A stretch of 57,477 nt of DNA, counting the filler, from Chloroflexota bacterium (GTDB taxonomy: Bacteria; Chloroflexota; Chloroflexia; QHBQ01): assembly GCA_043754535.1 (NCBI GenBank). It is 4 parts of 4 records of this genome, joined end to end, with 100 filler letters (N's around TTAATTAATTAA, not from the genome) between each part and the next. Parts side by side here need not be neighbours in the genome. Positions count along the whole stretch, not along the records: positions 1 to 9,664 come from JAYUUN010000100.1; positions 9,765 to 19,340 come from JAYUUN010000101.1; 2 more parts are not named here. One strand, written 5' to 3'. Of the stretch, positions 1-12,587 are shown piece by piece (positions within the stretch are counted from its first letter, which is position 1; each line of letters starts with the position of its first letter). A program made the position numbers and the translations under genes. The notes beneath the pieces were generated by a model. The model searched no databases. It had not been told where the DNA came from and saw nothing but the letters and a program-made list of their open reading frames with translations.

Positions 1-1773
<1,773 letters not shown>

Positions 1774-1802
1774 CGCCAACCCCACAAGGAGCAGCAGAGT
1801 AG

Positions 1803-1830
1803 GAGCGCACCAGTTCAGGTGCGCTCTTTC
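1803..1830 (+). terminator. Probable intrinsic terminator after lon
   Basis: GAGCGCACC-agttca-GGTGCGCTC hairpin followed by TTTCT. Confidence 0.55.
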
Positions 1831-1935
1831 TCGTTGCACACCAGCATGATATAGGTTGCCCCAGCTTTCAGCCTCTAAGCCAGAGACCCTGCACCCTGCT
1901 TTGCTAACAATATCAAGCAAAATGCCGCCAAACTG

Positions 1936-1988
1936 TTGACTTCCTGACCAAAAAGTGGTAAAATATGGTGTGTGTAGAACATATGTGC
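1936..1988 (+). promoter_or_regulatory. recA sigma70 promoter with LexA (SOS) box
   Basis: TTGACT (1936-41), 17 bp spacer, TG-n-TAAAAT (1959-64); GAAC-ATAT-GTGC at 1977-1988 is one mismatch from the GAAC-N4-GTTC box of Firmicutes/Actinobacteria/Chloroflexi. Confidence 0.8.
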
Positions 1989-2088
1989 AAGTGGCTAGCT
2001 GCCTCCCGCGCGGGGTAGCAGAACGCGCAACCAGCCCTTGCCAGCCTCAACCATCCGCAACCAGAACACAGGAGGACGCAAAAGAGTT

Positions 2089-3168
2089 ATGTCAGACAGA
2101 GACAAGGCTATCGAAACCGCCATTGCCCAAATCGAACGCCAGTTTGGTAAGGGTACGATCATGAAGATGGCAGATGCCACCAAGATGCAGATCGAGTCGA
2201 TCCCCACTGGCAGCCTCGCGCTTGACCTCGCCCTCGGTATCGGTGGGGTGCCGCGTGGCCGCGTGATCGAAATCTACGGCCCAGAGTCGTCGGGTAAGAC
2301 GACCCTCTGCCAGCACATCATCGCCGAGGCCCAGCGGCTGGGTGGGGTCGCCGCCTTTATTGACGCAGAACACGCCATGGACCCAGTCTACGCTGAAAAG
2401 TGCGGCGTGAACCTCGAAACCTTGCTGATCAGCCAGCCCGACAATGGCGAGCAAGGGCTTGAGATTGCTGAGACCCTCGTCCGCAGCGGCGCGGTTGATG
2501 TCGTTGTGGTGGACTCGGTGGCTGCTCTTACCCCTCGCGCTGAGATTGAGGGCGAGATGGGCGATACCCACGTCGGCTTGCAGGCCCGCCTCATGTCGCA
2601 GGCACTGCGTAAGCTGGCAGCGGCGGTCAGCAAGAGCAAGACCTGCCTGATCTTCACCAACCAGATTCGGATGAAGATCGGTGTGATGTTCGGCAACCCG
2701 GAGACCACCACCGGCGGCCAGGCTCTAAAGTTCTACGCCAGCGTCCGCATGGAAGTGCGCCGCGTCGAGAGCCTCAAGAGTGGCAACGAGGTTTCGGGCA
2801 ACCGGGTGCGCGTCAAGGTCGTGAAGAACAAGGTCGCGCCACCTTTCCGCGTCGCCGAGTTCGACCTGATGTTCAACGAGGGTATCAGCCGCGAGGGTGA
2901 ACTCACCGATATCGGCGCAGAGTTGGGCATCATCCGCAAGAGCGGAGCTTTCTACTACTACGGTGACACCAAGCTCGGCCAGGGCCGCGAGAACACTAAG
3001 GACTTTCTCAGGAAGAACCCTGATATGTCCGACGAGATCGAGGGCAAGATTCGCAACAACGGCACCACTCTGCTGGAGGTGGGGGTTTCCTCAGAGGATG
3101 GTGGCAAGAAGGGCAGCAAGGCTGCGGTCGCTGCTGCTGCTGTTGTTGCCGCTGACGAAGAGGAGTAA
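2089..3168 (+). CDS. recA: Recombinase RecA
   Basis: [61 protein letters not shown] at 2089 with GGAGG upstream. Confidence 0.98.
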   Translation: MSDRDKAIETAIAQIERQFGKGTIMKMADATKMQIESIPTGSLALDLALGIGGVPRGRVIEIYGPESSGKTTLCQHIIAEAQRLGGVAAFIDAEHAMDPVYAEKCGVNLETLLISQPDNGEQGLEIAETLVRSGAVDVVVVDSVAALTPRAEIEGEMGDTHVGLQARLMSQALRKLAAAVSKSKTCLIFTNQIRMKIGVMFGNPETTTGGQALKFYASVRMEVRRVESLKSGNEVSGNRVRVKVVKNKVAPPFRVAEFDLMFNEGISREGELTDIGAELGIIRKSGAFYYYGDTKLGQGRENTKDFLRKNPDMSDEIEGKIRNNGTTLLEVGVSSEDGGKKGSKAAVAAAAVVAADEEE

Positions 3169-3191
3169 CCGTGCCTGGACAGGCACCTACG

Positions 3192-3222
3192 ATGGCTGCG
3201 GCGATGAGTCGCAGCCATTTTC
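3192..3222 (+). terminator. Hairpin/attenuating terminator between recA and recX
   Basis: ATGGCTGCG-gcgatgagt-CGCAGCCAT followed by TTTCC. Confidence 0.5.
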
Positions 3223-3240
3223 CTTTGGAAGGGTAAGCAG

Positions 3241-4326
3241 ATGGCCGTTATAGACCCCAAAAACATCCTGGGTGGCCTGCCAGTCCCGGCCCAGCCAGCA
3301 GATGGCCCCAAGATCAGCGCGATCACCCCAAGCAAGCGCGATCCAGAACGGCTGCACATCTACGTAGATGGTAAGTACGTGATGACCGTCAACCTGATGG
3401 TGCTGGCTGAGGCGCGCCTCAAAGTGGGCGAGACCATGCCCACCCAGCGCGTCAGCGAGTTGCAGCAGGCCGAACGCTACAGTAAGCTTTATGACCGCGC
3501 CCTGTTCTTCCTCACCTCCCGCCCACGCAGTGAACACGAGGTGATCGCTAAGCTCAAGGAAGTGCAGCGTAAGGCAGCCCGCCCCCAGCCAGTCAAACGC
3601 TACCAGAAATCTAAATCTGTCAAGCAAGGTTTTGGCCGCAGCCGCTACAGCAAGCCAGTAGAGGAAGAAGTTGAGGAGCAGGAGGAACTTGAGGAGGTCG
3701 AGGAACTTGACCTTGGGCTTGACCCTGAACTTGACCAGGCGGCAGAGGATGCCGACGACCCCGAAATGCAGGCCGAAGCGAACGCAGCCGTGAACGAGGA
3801 AATGATCGAGCGGATCATGAACAAGCTGCGTGAGCAGAAGTTGGTGGACGATCTGGCCTTCGCCATGTTCTGGATCAGCAACCGCCAGCAATTCCGCCCC
3901 AGCGGAGAACGCTTGCTCAAGATGGAGTTGCGCCAAAAGCGAATCGCCGACGACATTATCGTGCAGGCGTTGGAGCAGTACGCTGCCGAGCGCGCTGCCG
4001 AAGCCGAGCGCGAGCAGGAGCTAGCCGCCGCCGCTGCTACCCTCAGCCGCGCCAGCGCAAAGGCTGCCGCTGTTGCTGCGGGTGCAGATGAGGACGAGGA
4101 CGAGGATGATCAGACGCTGGATGAGGAGGCCTTTGATGACGACGCAACCCCCGAACAGCGGAACGCCCTGGCAGCCGCCCGCAAGAAGCTACGCACCTAT
4201 GCTAACCTCGACCGACTGGCGTTCAAGCGGCGACTTGGTTCCTTCCTGCAACGGCGCGGCTACGGCTTTGCCACGATCAGCTACGTCACCGACAAGCTAT
4301 GGAACGAGTTGCAGGACGAGCGGTAG
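3241..4326 (+). CDS. recX: RecX regulator with long low-complexity insertions
   Basis: Directly after recA; ALFFLTSRPRSEHEV, LVDDLAFA, LKMELRQKRI and FLQRRGY RecX motifs. Confidence 0.88.
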   Translation: MAVIDPKNILGGLPVPAQPADGPKISAITPSKRDPERLHIYVDGKYVMTVNLMVLAEARLKVGETMPTQRVSELQQAERYSKLYDRALFFLTSRPRSEHEVIAKLKEVQRKAARPQPVKRYQKSKSVKQGFGRSRYSKPVEEEVEEQEELEEVEELDLGLDPELDQAAEDADDPEMQAEANAAVNEEMIERIMNKLREQKLVDDLAFAMFWISNRQQFRPSGERLLKMELRQKRIADDIIVQALEQYAAERAAEAEREQELAAAAATLSRASAKAAAVAAGADEDEDEDDQTLDEEAFDDDATPEQRNALAAARKKLRTYANLDRLAFKRRLGSFLQRRGYGFATISYVTDKLWNELQDER

Positions 4327-4413
4327 ACTTGCCGCCCAGCCCGCGATCTGGTAGAATAAGGTTTATTGAGCGGCCCGCTGGGCGGGTAGACAAGAAAGAG
4401 GACGCGCCACCCA

Positions 4414-5079
4414 ATGGCAGAGATTACCTGGCTGGGCTACGAGTGCTTCCGCATTCGCGCCCGCGAAGCAACGATCATCACCGACCCCTACGCTAGCGGC
4501 CTCGGCTACCAGTTGCCGAAGGGTTTGCTGGCCGACATCGTGACCGTTAGCAATCCTGATGACACCTACCTTAACAATACTGCTGCGATCAAGCGCAAGG
4601 AGGGTGAAGCGCGGGTGATTGATGGAGTGGGCGAGTACGAGGTCTCTACTGTCTTCATCAATGGCATTGCCAGCCAGCGCGACAAGAAGAAGGGTCAAGA
4701 GCGTGGCAAAAACACTATTTACACCATGACCGTGGAGGACATCAACATCTGTCACCTCGGCGACCTCGGCCACGCCCTCACCGCTGCTCAAAACGAGGCG
4801 ATTGGTGACGTAGACATCCTATTCATCCCCATTGGCGGCAACGGCGGCATGGACGCAGCAATGGCAAGCGAGGTGATCGGCCAGCTTGAGCCGCGCATCG
4901 TGATCCCCATGCGCTACCGCACTGGCGAGAACCAACCTGCCCCCGACGTGAAGCTGGACACGGTGGAACGCTTCGCCAAAGAGCTAGGCTTGAAAGACCC
5001 GGTAGCCCTGGAGAAGTTGAGTATCAAGAAGGCTGACCTGCCAGAGAACACCCAGGTCATCCTGCTAGAAGCGAAGTAG
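4414..5079 (+). CDS. Metallo-beta-lactamase-fold protein (Lactamase_B_3-like)
   Basis: ITWLGYECFRI, IITDPY, ICHLGDLGH, DILFIPIGG, VIPMRY; the HxHxDH metal motif appears degenerate (SNPDDTY). Confidence 0.8.
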   Translation: MAEITWLGYECFRIRAREATIITDPYASGLGYQLPKGLLADIVTVSNPDDTYLNNTAAIKRKEGEARVIDGVGEYEVSTVFINGIASQRDKKKGQERGKNTIYTMTVEDINICHLGDLGHALTAAQNEAIGDVDILFIPIGGNGGMDAAMASEVIGQLEPRIVIPMRYRTGENQPAPDVKLDTVERFAKELGLKDPVALEKLSIKKADLPENTQVILLEAK

Positions 5080-5085
5080 CAAACA

Positions 5086-5120
5086 GAGCGGGTAGTGAGC
5101 CGAGGGGCCGCTACCCGCTC
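5086..5120 (+). terminator. Stem-loop between MBL gene and pyrG
   Basis: GAGCGGGTAG...CTACCCGCTC inverted repeat; no clear U-tract. Confidence 0.35.
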
Positions 5121-5163
5121 AAACTTTACCATCCTTCCCGCGATGGGGAGACGAGTGGGGTGA

Positions 5164-6852
<1,689 letters not shown>

Positions 6853-7163
6853 CTAGCGAGAGAAAGCAGCGTGCGCCTCTTGCTTCCTCTCTCCTCCAGG
6901 CTCCGCAACTTAGCCGACAAAGGCTCGAAGTGGGGCGACTGCTGCGCCAGCCTGGTAATAGCACTACAGCCAGCGATGGCAGCGCGTGAGCCATCTTCTG
7001 CTATCTACCCTTGTTCATCTTCTGGATAGCTGCCCTGATAGCTCGCTGCTACCAACCAGTCGTTGCATGATACTTGCTATGTCACTGTAGCACGCTGGGC
7101 AAGTTGCTAGCAAGCTCAAATCTGTGCTATAATTGCGCCGCAGGCGAAACGAGGCTAAACTGG

Positions 7164-7928
7164 ATGAGCAAAGATTATAACCAGGGCGAACAAGCAGAAG
7201 CGGGTAGCGGGTCAGTCGAAGAACGGCTAGCTGCTTACAAGGAGCGGATGCAGCAGCAAAATGGCAGCGGCAACGCGTCCGGTGGCAACGACGAGCCAGA
7301 GACACCAGCCTTGTTGGGGCGGGTGCGCGATGATCAAGACGCAGCCAAAATAGCCGGTACGCCCGACGAGGAAGACCCCGAACTCGACTACAAATTGAGC
7401 GTCTACCGCTACGAGGAGCAGGACGAGAACGCCTTTCAGGGTGTAGATTATACCCGCCGAGGCGAGCGGCCCAGACCAGCAAAGCGCGGGCGTGGTCTTG
7501 GTGACTACCTTGCCATTGCTGCTATCGTGCTGATCCCTGCCCTGATCGCCCTCACTCTTATACTGACGGCGGTTAACAACCGCAACCAGGATTTGGCGCG
7601 AGTGCAGCAGGCGGTGCAACCCACCACCATCGTTCCCTACGCCGACAAGCTGCCTATCGTCGGCCTCAACCCGCGAACGAACAGCGACGGTAGCGTGGAC
7701 GTTACAGTACAGGTCAACAACAGTGGCACTCGGACGGTGGAGAGTCTGATCGTCACCGTGATCGTCAAGGATGCACGCAACGCCCCAGTTGGCACTGGCG
7801 TAGCTGCGATCCGCAACCTTGCGCCGGGTGGCCTCGGTGAGGGTACTACCCACATCATCCCCAGTGCGGCCTATGTCGGCGCACCCTCCGCCTTCGTCAG
7901 CAGCACCAGCCTCAGCAGCGCACCTTGA
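7164..7928 (+). CDS. Single-TM membrane protein with extracellular Ig-like (FxLYD-like) domain
   Basis: Acidic N-terminus, TM helix YLAIAAIVLIPALIALTLILTAV, beta-rich C-terminus (VQVNNSG...NLAPG); TTGCTA/TATAAT promoter at 7104-7133 supports ATG 7164. Confidence 0.65.
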   Translation: MSKDYNQGEQAEAGSGSVEERLAAYKERMQQQNGSGNASGGNDEPETPALLGRVRDDQDAAKIAGTPDEEDPELDYKLSVYRYEEQDENAFQGVDYTRRGERPRPAKRGRGLGDYLAIAAIVLIPALIALTLILTAVNNRNQDLARVQQAVQPTTIVPYADKLPIVGLNPRTNSDGSVDVTVQVNNSGTRTVESLIVTVIVKDARNAPVGTGVAAIRNLAPGGLGEGTTHIIPSAAYVGAPSAFVSSTSLSSAP

Positions 7929-7966
7929 GCGCAAATCATCAACCGTAGTGAAGGAGAGACACGCAC

Positions 7967-8599
7967 TTGGCAGACAATATTGATACCACTACACCCGATC
8001 TCGTCCCCACCGACCCAGAGGATGTGCAGCGGATTGGGCGCAGCCAGCGGGTCAGTGGCAGCAGTTGGGTGTTGATCGGCGTGCTGACTATCTTCTTCCT
8101 TGCTGTCTTCGGCGGCGCATCGTTCGTCTACTTCACTGGCGGCATCAACCGCTTCTTCCCCGAACCGACCCCCCTCCCCCTCAGTGCGGTTGGCACCCAG
8201 CGCGTAGTGGTCAAAGAAGTGAAGGCCGAGCCGGGGCAGAAGGGCGACCGCGACATGACGGTGAAGGTGACGCTCAAGATCGCTGACAACACTACGCTGC
8301 TGCCCACGCCGCAAGGTGGCGGCACACCACCCGCCGCTGCCAGGCTCAAGGCCGTGGGCTTCAACCTCACCTTCAACTACAAGAACGAGATCAGCTACCG
8401 GGTTGAGAGGGGCGGCACCGCCGTGACCGAGACCAAACCCCTGGAGCAGAGCAGCGTGGTGCCGATCAATGTAGACCTCAGCAACGCGCAACCCGATGGC
8501 GATGGCACCTACACTCTCACCCAGGCTGTTACCAGCGTAGACAAGCGGTGGGATGGCACAACGCCCCGTGTCCACGTGCAGTATGTTCTCACCCAGTAG
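7967..8599 (+). CDS. Hypothetical single-TM membrane protein
   Basis: AAGGAG RBS before TTG; TM WVLIGVLTIFFLAVFGGASFVYF then PTPLP linker; host-like codon usage. Confidence 0.7.
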   Translation: MADNIDTTTPDLVPTDPEDVQRIGRSQRVSGSSWVLIGVLTIFFLAVFGGASFVYFTGGINRFFPEPTPLPLSAVGTQRVVVKEVKAEPGQKGDRDMTVKVTLKIADNTTLLPTPQGGGTPPAAARLKAVGFNLTFNYKNEISYRVERGGTAVTETKPLEQSSVVPINVDLSNAQPDGDGTYTLTQAVTSVDKRWDGTTPRVHVQYVLTQ

Positions 8600-8621
8600 C
8601 CCAACCACAGCGAGTAGGCGA

Positions 8622-9375
8622 TCAGTAGGGCGCAGCCACGTGGCTACGCCCTATCTTTAACCCCTTGCTGGCAGCCGACCTGTCAACGTTGGGTAGCAGG
8701 TCATGGTCGTGCGTCTCAATGCCAAGCGGGTGGTCGTTATCCTGGGGGCGCAATTGCCGGTCTGCCCGGTCGGGGATGATGTACAGGATGGGGACAAAGC
8801 AGTAGAGTCTAGCACTGAGCCAGAGGCCATTGGGGATGAAGGCAGCGAGGATGGCGAGCAGGTAGATAACCGGGGCTTGCAGGCACTTCCGCACTACCGA
8901 GCGTATCTCCCGACTGGGCAACTCAGCATCCACCATGCGCCGCCCCGCAGTGGCGTAGAGCCAGACCGCACAGAGCGACAGGCCGCAGAGGATCAGATTG
9001 CTGCCATAGAAGATGAGGGCGAAGCGGCTGTCGGCCTCGTTGATGTTCTCCTGCGCCAAGTCGTACTCACCGAGCAGACCGCTGCTGAAGGGGATAAAGG
9101 CAACGAAAAGAAGAAAGAGGACATTAAGCTACAACAGGCTGCGATCCACCCGCCGCACCAGGTAGAACATTCCGTGATGGCCGATCCAGTAGATACCAGC
9201 GATCAGCACGCTGATTACAAAGCTGAGGATTTTGGGCAGCAGGTGGCCCACCTCCGCAGCCAGCGTGCCAGCCTTGTGTCCCTCAACAGGTGGTACAGCC
9301 ACCTCTAGCACCAGTAGGGTAAATCACGATAGCAAATGTACCATCAACCAGTGCCTCAACACGGCGGTTGTTCAT
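8622..9375 (-). pseudogene. TMEM175-family K+ channel pseudogene
   Basis: MNNRRVEALVDGTFAIVI then a frameshift (~9322) into TLLVLEVAVP...YWIGHH...RVDRSLL, an in-frame TAG at 9129-9131, then LNVLFLLFVAFIPFS continuing into ORF 8622-9059. Confidence 0.85.
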
Positions 9376-9522
9376 GCCACGCAACGGGGGTTGCTCCTTA
9401 CTCGCTGCCATCCACCTGCCCTCCTGTGCTTGCTACTCTGGGGCAGAGTATAGCAGGTGAGCAAGCTGGCGGCAAGCAAACCAGGAGGGTCGGGTGGAAC
9501 TCTGATACGCTTCTAACTCAGT

Positions 9523-9664
9523 CTAGCCGCCCACCAACTGGCGGAACTCGGCAGCAAACTGTGGGTCATTCTCCACCAGCCAACCGAAGCCCTCTGGGTC
9601 TTTGGCGTTCTCGCGCAAGCTGGGATCGAGTTCGAGGGCGCGGCGGAGATAGCGTAGGGCGTTG
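9523..9664 (-). CDS. C-terminal end of a TPR-type protein (truncated by contig edge)
   Basis: Reverse strand reads NALRYLRRALELDPSLRENAKDPEGFGWLVENDPQFAAEFRQLVGG*. Confidence 0.6.
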
Positions 9665-9764
9665 NNNNNNNNNNNNNNNNNNNNNNNNNNNNNNNNNNNN
9701 NNNNNNNNTTAATTAATTAANNNNNNNNNNNNNNNNNNNNNNNNNNNNNNNNNNNNNNNNNNNN
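9665..9764. other. Artificial contig linker
   Basis: N44-TTAATTAATTAA-N44 (stop codons in all six frames). Confidence 0.99.
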
Positions 9765-10613
9765 GCGGATAGTGAGGCCCTGCTTGGCGGCGGCGGCCAC
9801 CTGCTGATCGTAGTAGCTATCCATCTCTAGCTCTACCTGCTCCCGCTTGCCACTCGCTTCCTCACTCGGTAGGTAGAAGACACAACTTTCGGTTATGCTG
9901 CGCCACCACCAAGTCAAATAGCCGAGATCGCGCATCTTGTGCAAGTTGATCAGCACGGCATCCGCTTGCAGCCCCACATAGCTACCGATCTTGGTGTGGG
10001 TCAGCGACTCCTCTTTACCCAACTGCCCCAGCATGGCGATGACTGCGTAGATCGCCGTTGTGGCATCATAGGTGCGGTGCAACCGTTCATCGCTGGCGAG
10101 GGCGAGTGGCACCGCTACTGCTCCGGCATGGTTGCCGTTGCCGTAGGCCACCCCGCTCTGGTCGTGCTTGTCGCGCCCTACTCCTGGCGCAGGCTTGAAG
10201 TAGATTGTTGAGGGCTGCTGCGGCGCACCTTTGCGGAGGATGATCCACTCTAGGCGAGTCTCGCCTTCCTTGAGGGGTTCGAGTTGGGGTACGCCAGCTG
10301 CGTCTAGGATAGGGTTGCCTACCTTATCCACGAGCAGGCGGCGGCAGTAGAGTTCTTGCAGCACATTGCCGATAGCCCGCTTACTTTTATTGCCCCACCG
10401 CCGCCCAAAGGCTTCGTGGCCGTAGTAGGAGCCTGCCTGCGGCTTAGTGGCTGATTGCTCTTTGCCACTCTCGCTCTCATCCTGCTCAAGCAGGTACCAG
10501 CCTTTCAGCAGCACCAAGGCTTTGATGTGCAGGTAGTTAGCCTGGTGGTGTTTGAGGTAAGCATGGGGCAACCAAACCACCGCCGTATTACTTTTTTGCT
10601 GGCTGTCAGTCAT
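9765..10613 (-). CDS. Winged-HTH DNA-binding protein, possibly a replication initiator (3' truncated)
   Basis: IYAVIAML...SLTHTKIGSYVGLQADAVLINLHKMRDLGYLTW resembles an HTH_36/Rep wHTH; a second HTH-like segment lies N-terminally; runs into the linker. Confidence 0.5.
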
Positions 10614-10794
10614 CTTTTCCTCAGTACGACATAGTTAATAGAGTGATTTGAGGCTGGTGAGCCACCAGGTTGGGGCCGCCTTCGTGTCTGTTACCGCCCC
10701 TCCCCGCCGCGCCTGGCCCTCTCACAGGGGGTGGGGAGTTACCTCGTTGTGTCCATTCCCGCGGTAGTCGTGCCTTCGCTACCGTAGCCGTAGC

Positions 10795-10822
10795 TCCAGA
10801 GGGGAGCATGCTCCCCTCTGGA
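10795..10822. repeat. Perfect 28-bp palindrome
   Basis: TCCAGAGGGGAGCA|TGCTCCCCTCTGGA. Confidence 0.9.
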
Positions 10823-10830
10823 ATGAAACT

Positions 10831-11049
10831 CTAGCCAATGATGATGATCACGACCGACGGGCTGGGGCTGCGCTCCTGGGTGGAAGCCAGGAGCGGTGGG
10901 GTGGGGCTTTCGACTACATCGGCGTAGGGGTTGCTGATCAGCTCGGTGGTGGCGGCCAGGCGCTGGCCGCTCCCATCACCGAATGGATTGCCGCTGCCAC
11001 CGAGCAGGGCAACCAACCCGAAGCTGAGGATGATGTTTCTGATGTTCAC
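10831..11049 (-). CDS. Small exported protein (72 aa)
   Basis: GTG start with purine-rich RBS (AGAAAGGGA); signal-like N-terminus NIRNIILSFGLVALLGG; Pro/Ser-rich tail ending VVIIIIG. Confidence 0.5.
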   Translation of the reverse strand: MNIRNIILSFGLVALLGGSGNPFGDGSGQRLAATTELISNPYADVVESPTPPLLASTQERSPSPSVVIIIIG

Positions 11050-11240
11050 TAATGTCCCTTTCTTTCCTTATGGTTCTGGTTGTGCCGTTGTGACCAGTGT
11101 TGGCTTGCAGCCCGCACACTGGGGTTTTGCTAATAATCTCGCTGACCGTGCGCCTGCTCCTCCTTCTGCTTGGTTACGTCGATCTCCTGGCTAATCTATG
11201 CGGCGGTCACTGGGGGCGGGCCAGCGATGCACGCTTATGG

Positions 11241-11990
11241 TCATGTTGGGGTCAGGTGGCCGCCACCCTGCTCTGCTTGCCTACACCAGTGCAGGATGTG
11301 GTCGGCGATGATGCTTGCGCTGTTCTTGTCCTCGAACGCGTTATGCGGGCCGGGGACGGTGCGCAGATCGGCGTGCGCCCAGCGGGCGTAGGCTGCCGAC
11401 CACTGTGTTCCACAGATGCGGTCGGCCTGGCAGTCGAGTACCAGGTTGTGCATTCCCGCCGGGGCGGTTCGCTTCGGCAGTAGGCCGTCGCCGAGCCGTT
11501 GACCATCCGCCTCGCGGCGTAGGAGGCTCAGGCGACGCTCCTGCTCGGCTGGCGGCGTGTCATCGGCATAAAGCAGCCGCCCTACCTTCCGCTCGGCAAG
11601 CGGAAACGCACCGCCACCGAACAGCATCATCAGCCCTTGCCTGAGTCCCAGGTAGCGCAGGGCGGCTCGTGCCGCTTTGAGCGAGCCGCCTAGACCTTGC
11701 GCGACCGGGGCCAGGGCGCAGATACCACGCACACTACCCAGCACCGCCAGGTGAGCAGCGATTGCCCCGCCCAAACTGTGGCAGACTACCAGCTTGGGGC
11801 CGGGGTAGAGTTGCTCCAGATAGGCGGCTGCCTGATGCAGCCGATGCAAGTAGGTGGGGATAGTCACTGCTTGCCAATTTCCCTCGCCTCTTGCTGCCAG
11901 CTCTCTTTGCAGCGCATCGTAGCAGGCGGCAACGTGGCCCCCACCGGGGATCAGCATCTTGCTTACTACTTTTGGATTCGCGTTCATCAA
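11241..11990 (-). CDS. Alpha/beta-fold hydrolase
   Basis: LIPGGG oxyanion region, nucleophile elbow CHSLGG, acid QADRI, catalytic His GPHNAF; AAGGAG RBS. Confidence 0.85.
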   Translation of the reverse strand: MMNANPKVVSKMLIPGGGHVAACYDALQRELAARGEGNWQAVTIPTYLHRLHQAAAYLEQLYPGPKLVVCHSLGGAIAAHLAVLGSVRGICALAPVAQGLGGSLKAARAALRYLGLRQGLMMLFGGGAFPLAERKVGRLLYADDTPPAEQERRLSLLRREADGQRLGDGLLPKRTAPAGMHNLVLDCQADRICGTQWSAAYARWAHADLRTVPGPHNAFEDKNSASIIADHILHWCRQAEQGGGHLTPT

Positions 11991-12016
11991 CGCACTACTC
12001 CTTCATGACCAATATG

Positions 12017-12538
12017 CTAGCCTCGCCCGGTGTATACCCCTGCTGTGACCAAGAGCAAGCGTCTACGTGCGATCAGGCTATCTAGTACATCACGCACTGC
12101 CAAGCCGTCTGTTGCCTCACGCTGCTGTAGCTCAGCTCCCCGTCTTCGCAGCCTTTCAAGCACCTGCGCCACTGTGAATGCCTTGTTGCCACCATGCTCG
12201 GCGATCAAGAGGTCCACTTCCTCCTCTACCCGATAACTCAGGTGAAGGTCAGGGTAGAGCCGAGCAAATTGCCGTAGCAATTCGTCGTATTCGGCAGTGT
12301 AGCGCAAGTGCGAGGTTGCCATCGTGGTCAAAGTAATGGCAATCAACTTAGCAGCCACTTGTCCTCCTTCGAAGGCATAAGCCGCAAGTTCCCGTGCATC
12401 CAGGAGCAACTGGCTGCGCTGGTCTGCACCTGCGCCATCCTTACCTTCATCCCCTGGACGACTGGGGGTTGGCTGCTCGCCTTGCTGGATCAAGCCTAGC
12501 AACCACTGGGCGTTCGACCTGCTACTCTGCTCTGGCAT
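12017..12538 (-). CDS. Hypothetical protein with C-terminal winged helix
   Basis: FTVAQVLERL...AVRDVLDSLIARRRLLLVTAGVY pattern; GAAGGTG RBS. Confidence 0.55.
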   Translation of the reverse strand: MPEQSSRSNAQWLLGLIQQGEQPTPSRPGDEGKDGAGADQRSQLLLDARELAAYAFEGGQVAAKLIAITLTTMATSHLRYTAEYDELLRQFARLYPDLHLSYRVEEEVDLLIAEHGGNKAFTVAQVLERLRRRGAELQQREATDGLAVRDVLDSLIARRRLLLVTAGVYTGRG

Positions 12539-12587
12539 GACACCTTCTCTATCAAATATTGGCGGACTTCGCAGCCCCCACCGGGGA

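Noticed and set aside
9129..9131. In-frame TAG as pyrrolysine or stop-codon readthrough
   Set aside because: The same gene also has a frameshift, and TAG is used as a normal stop in neighbouring genes.
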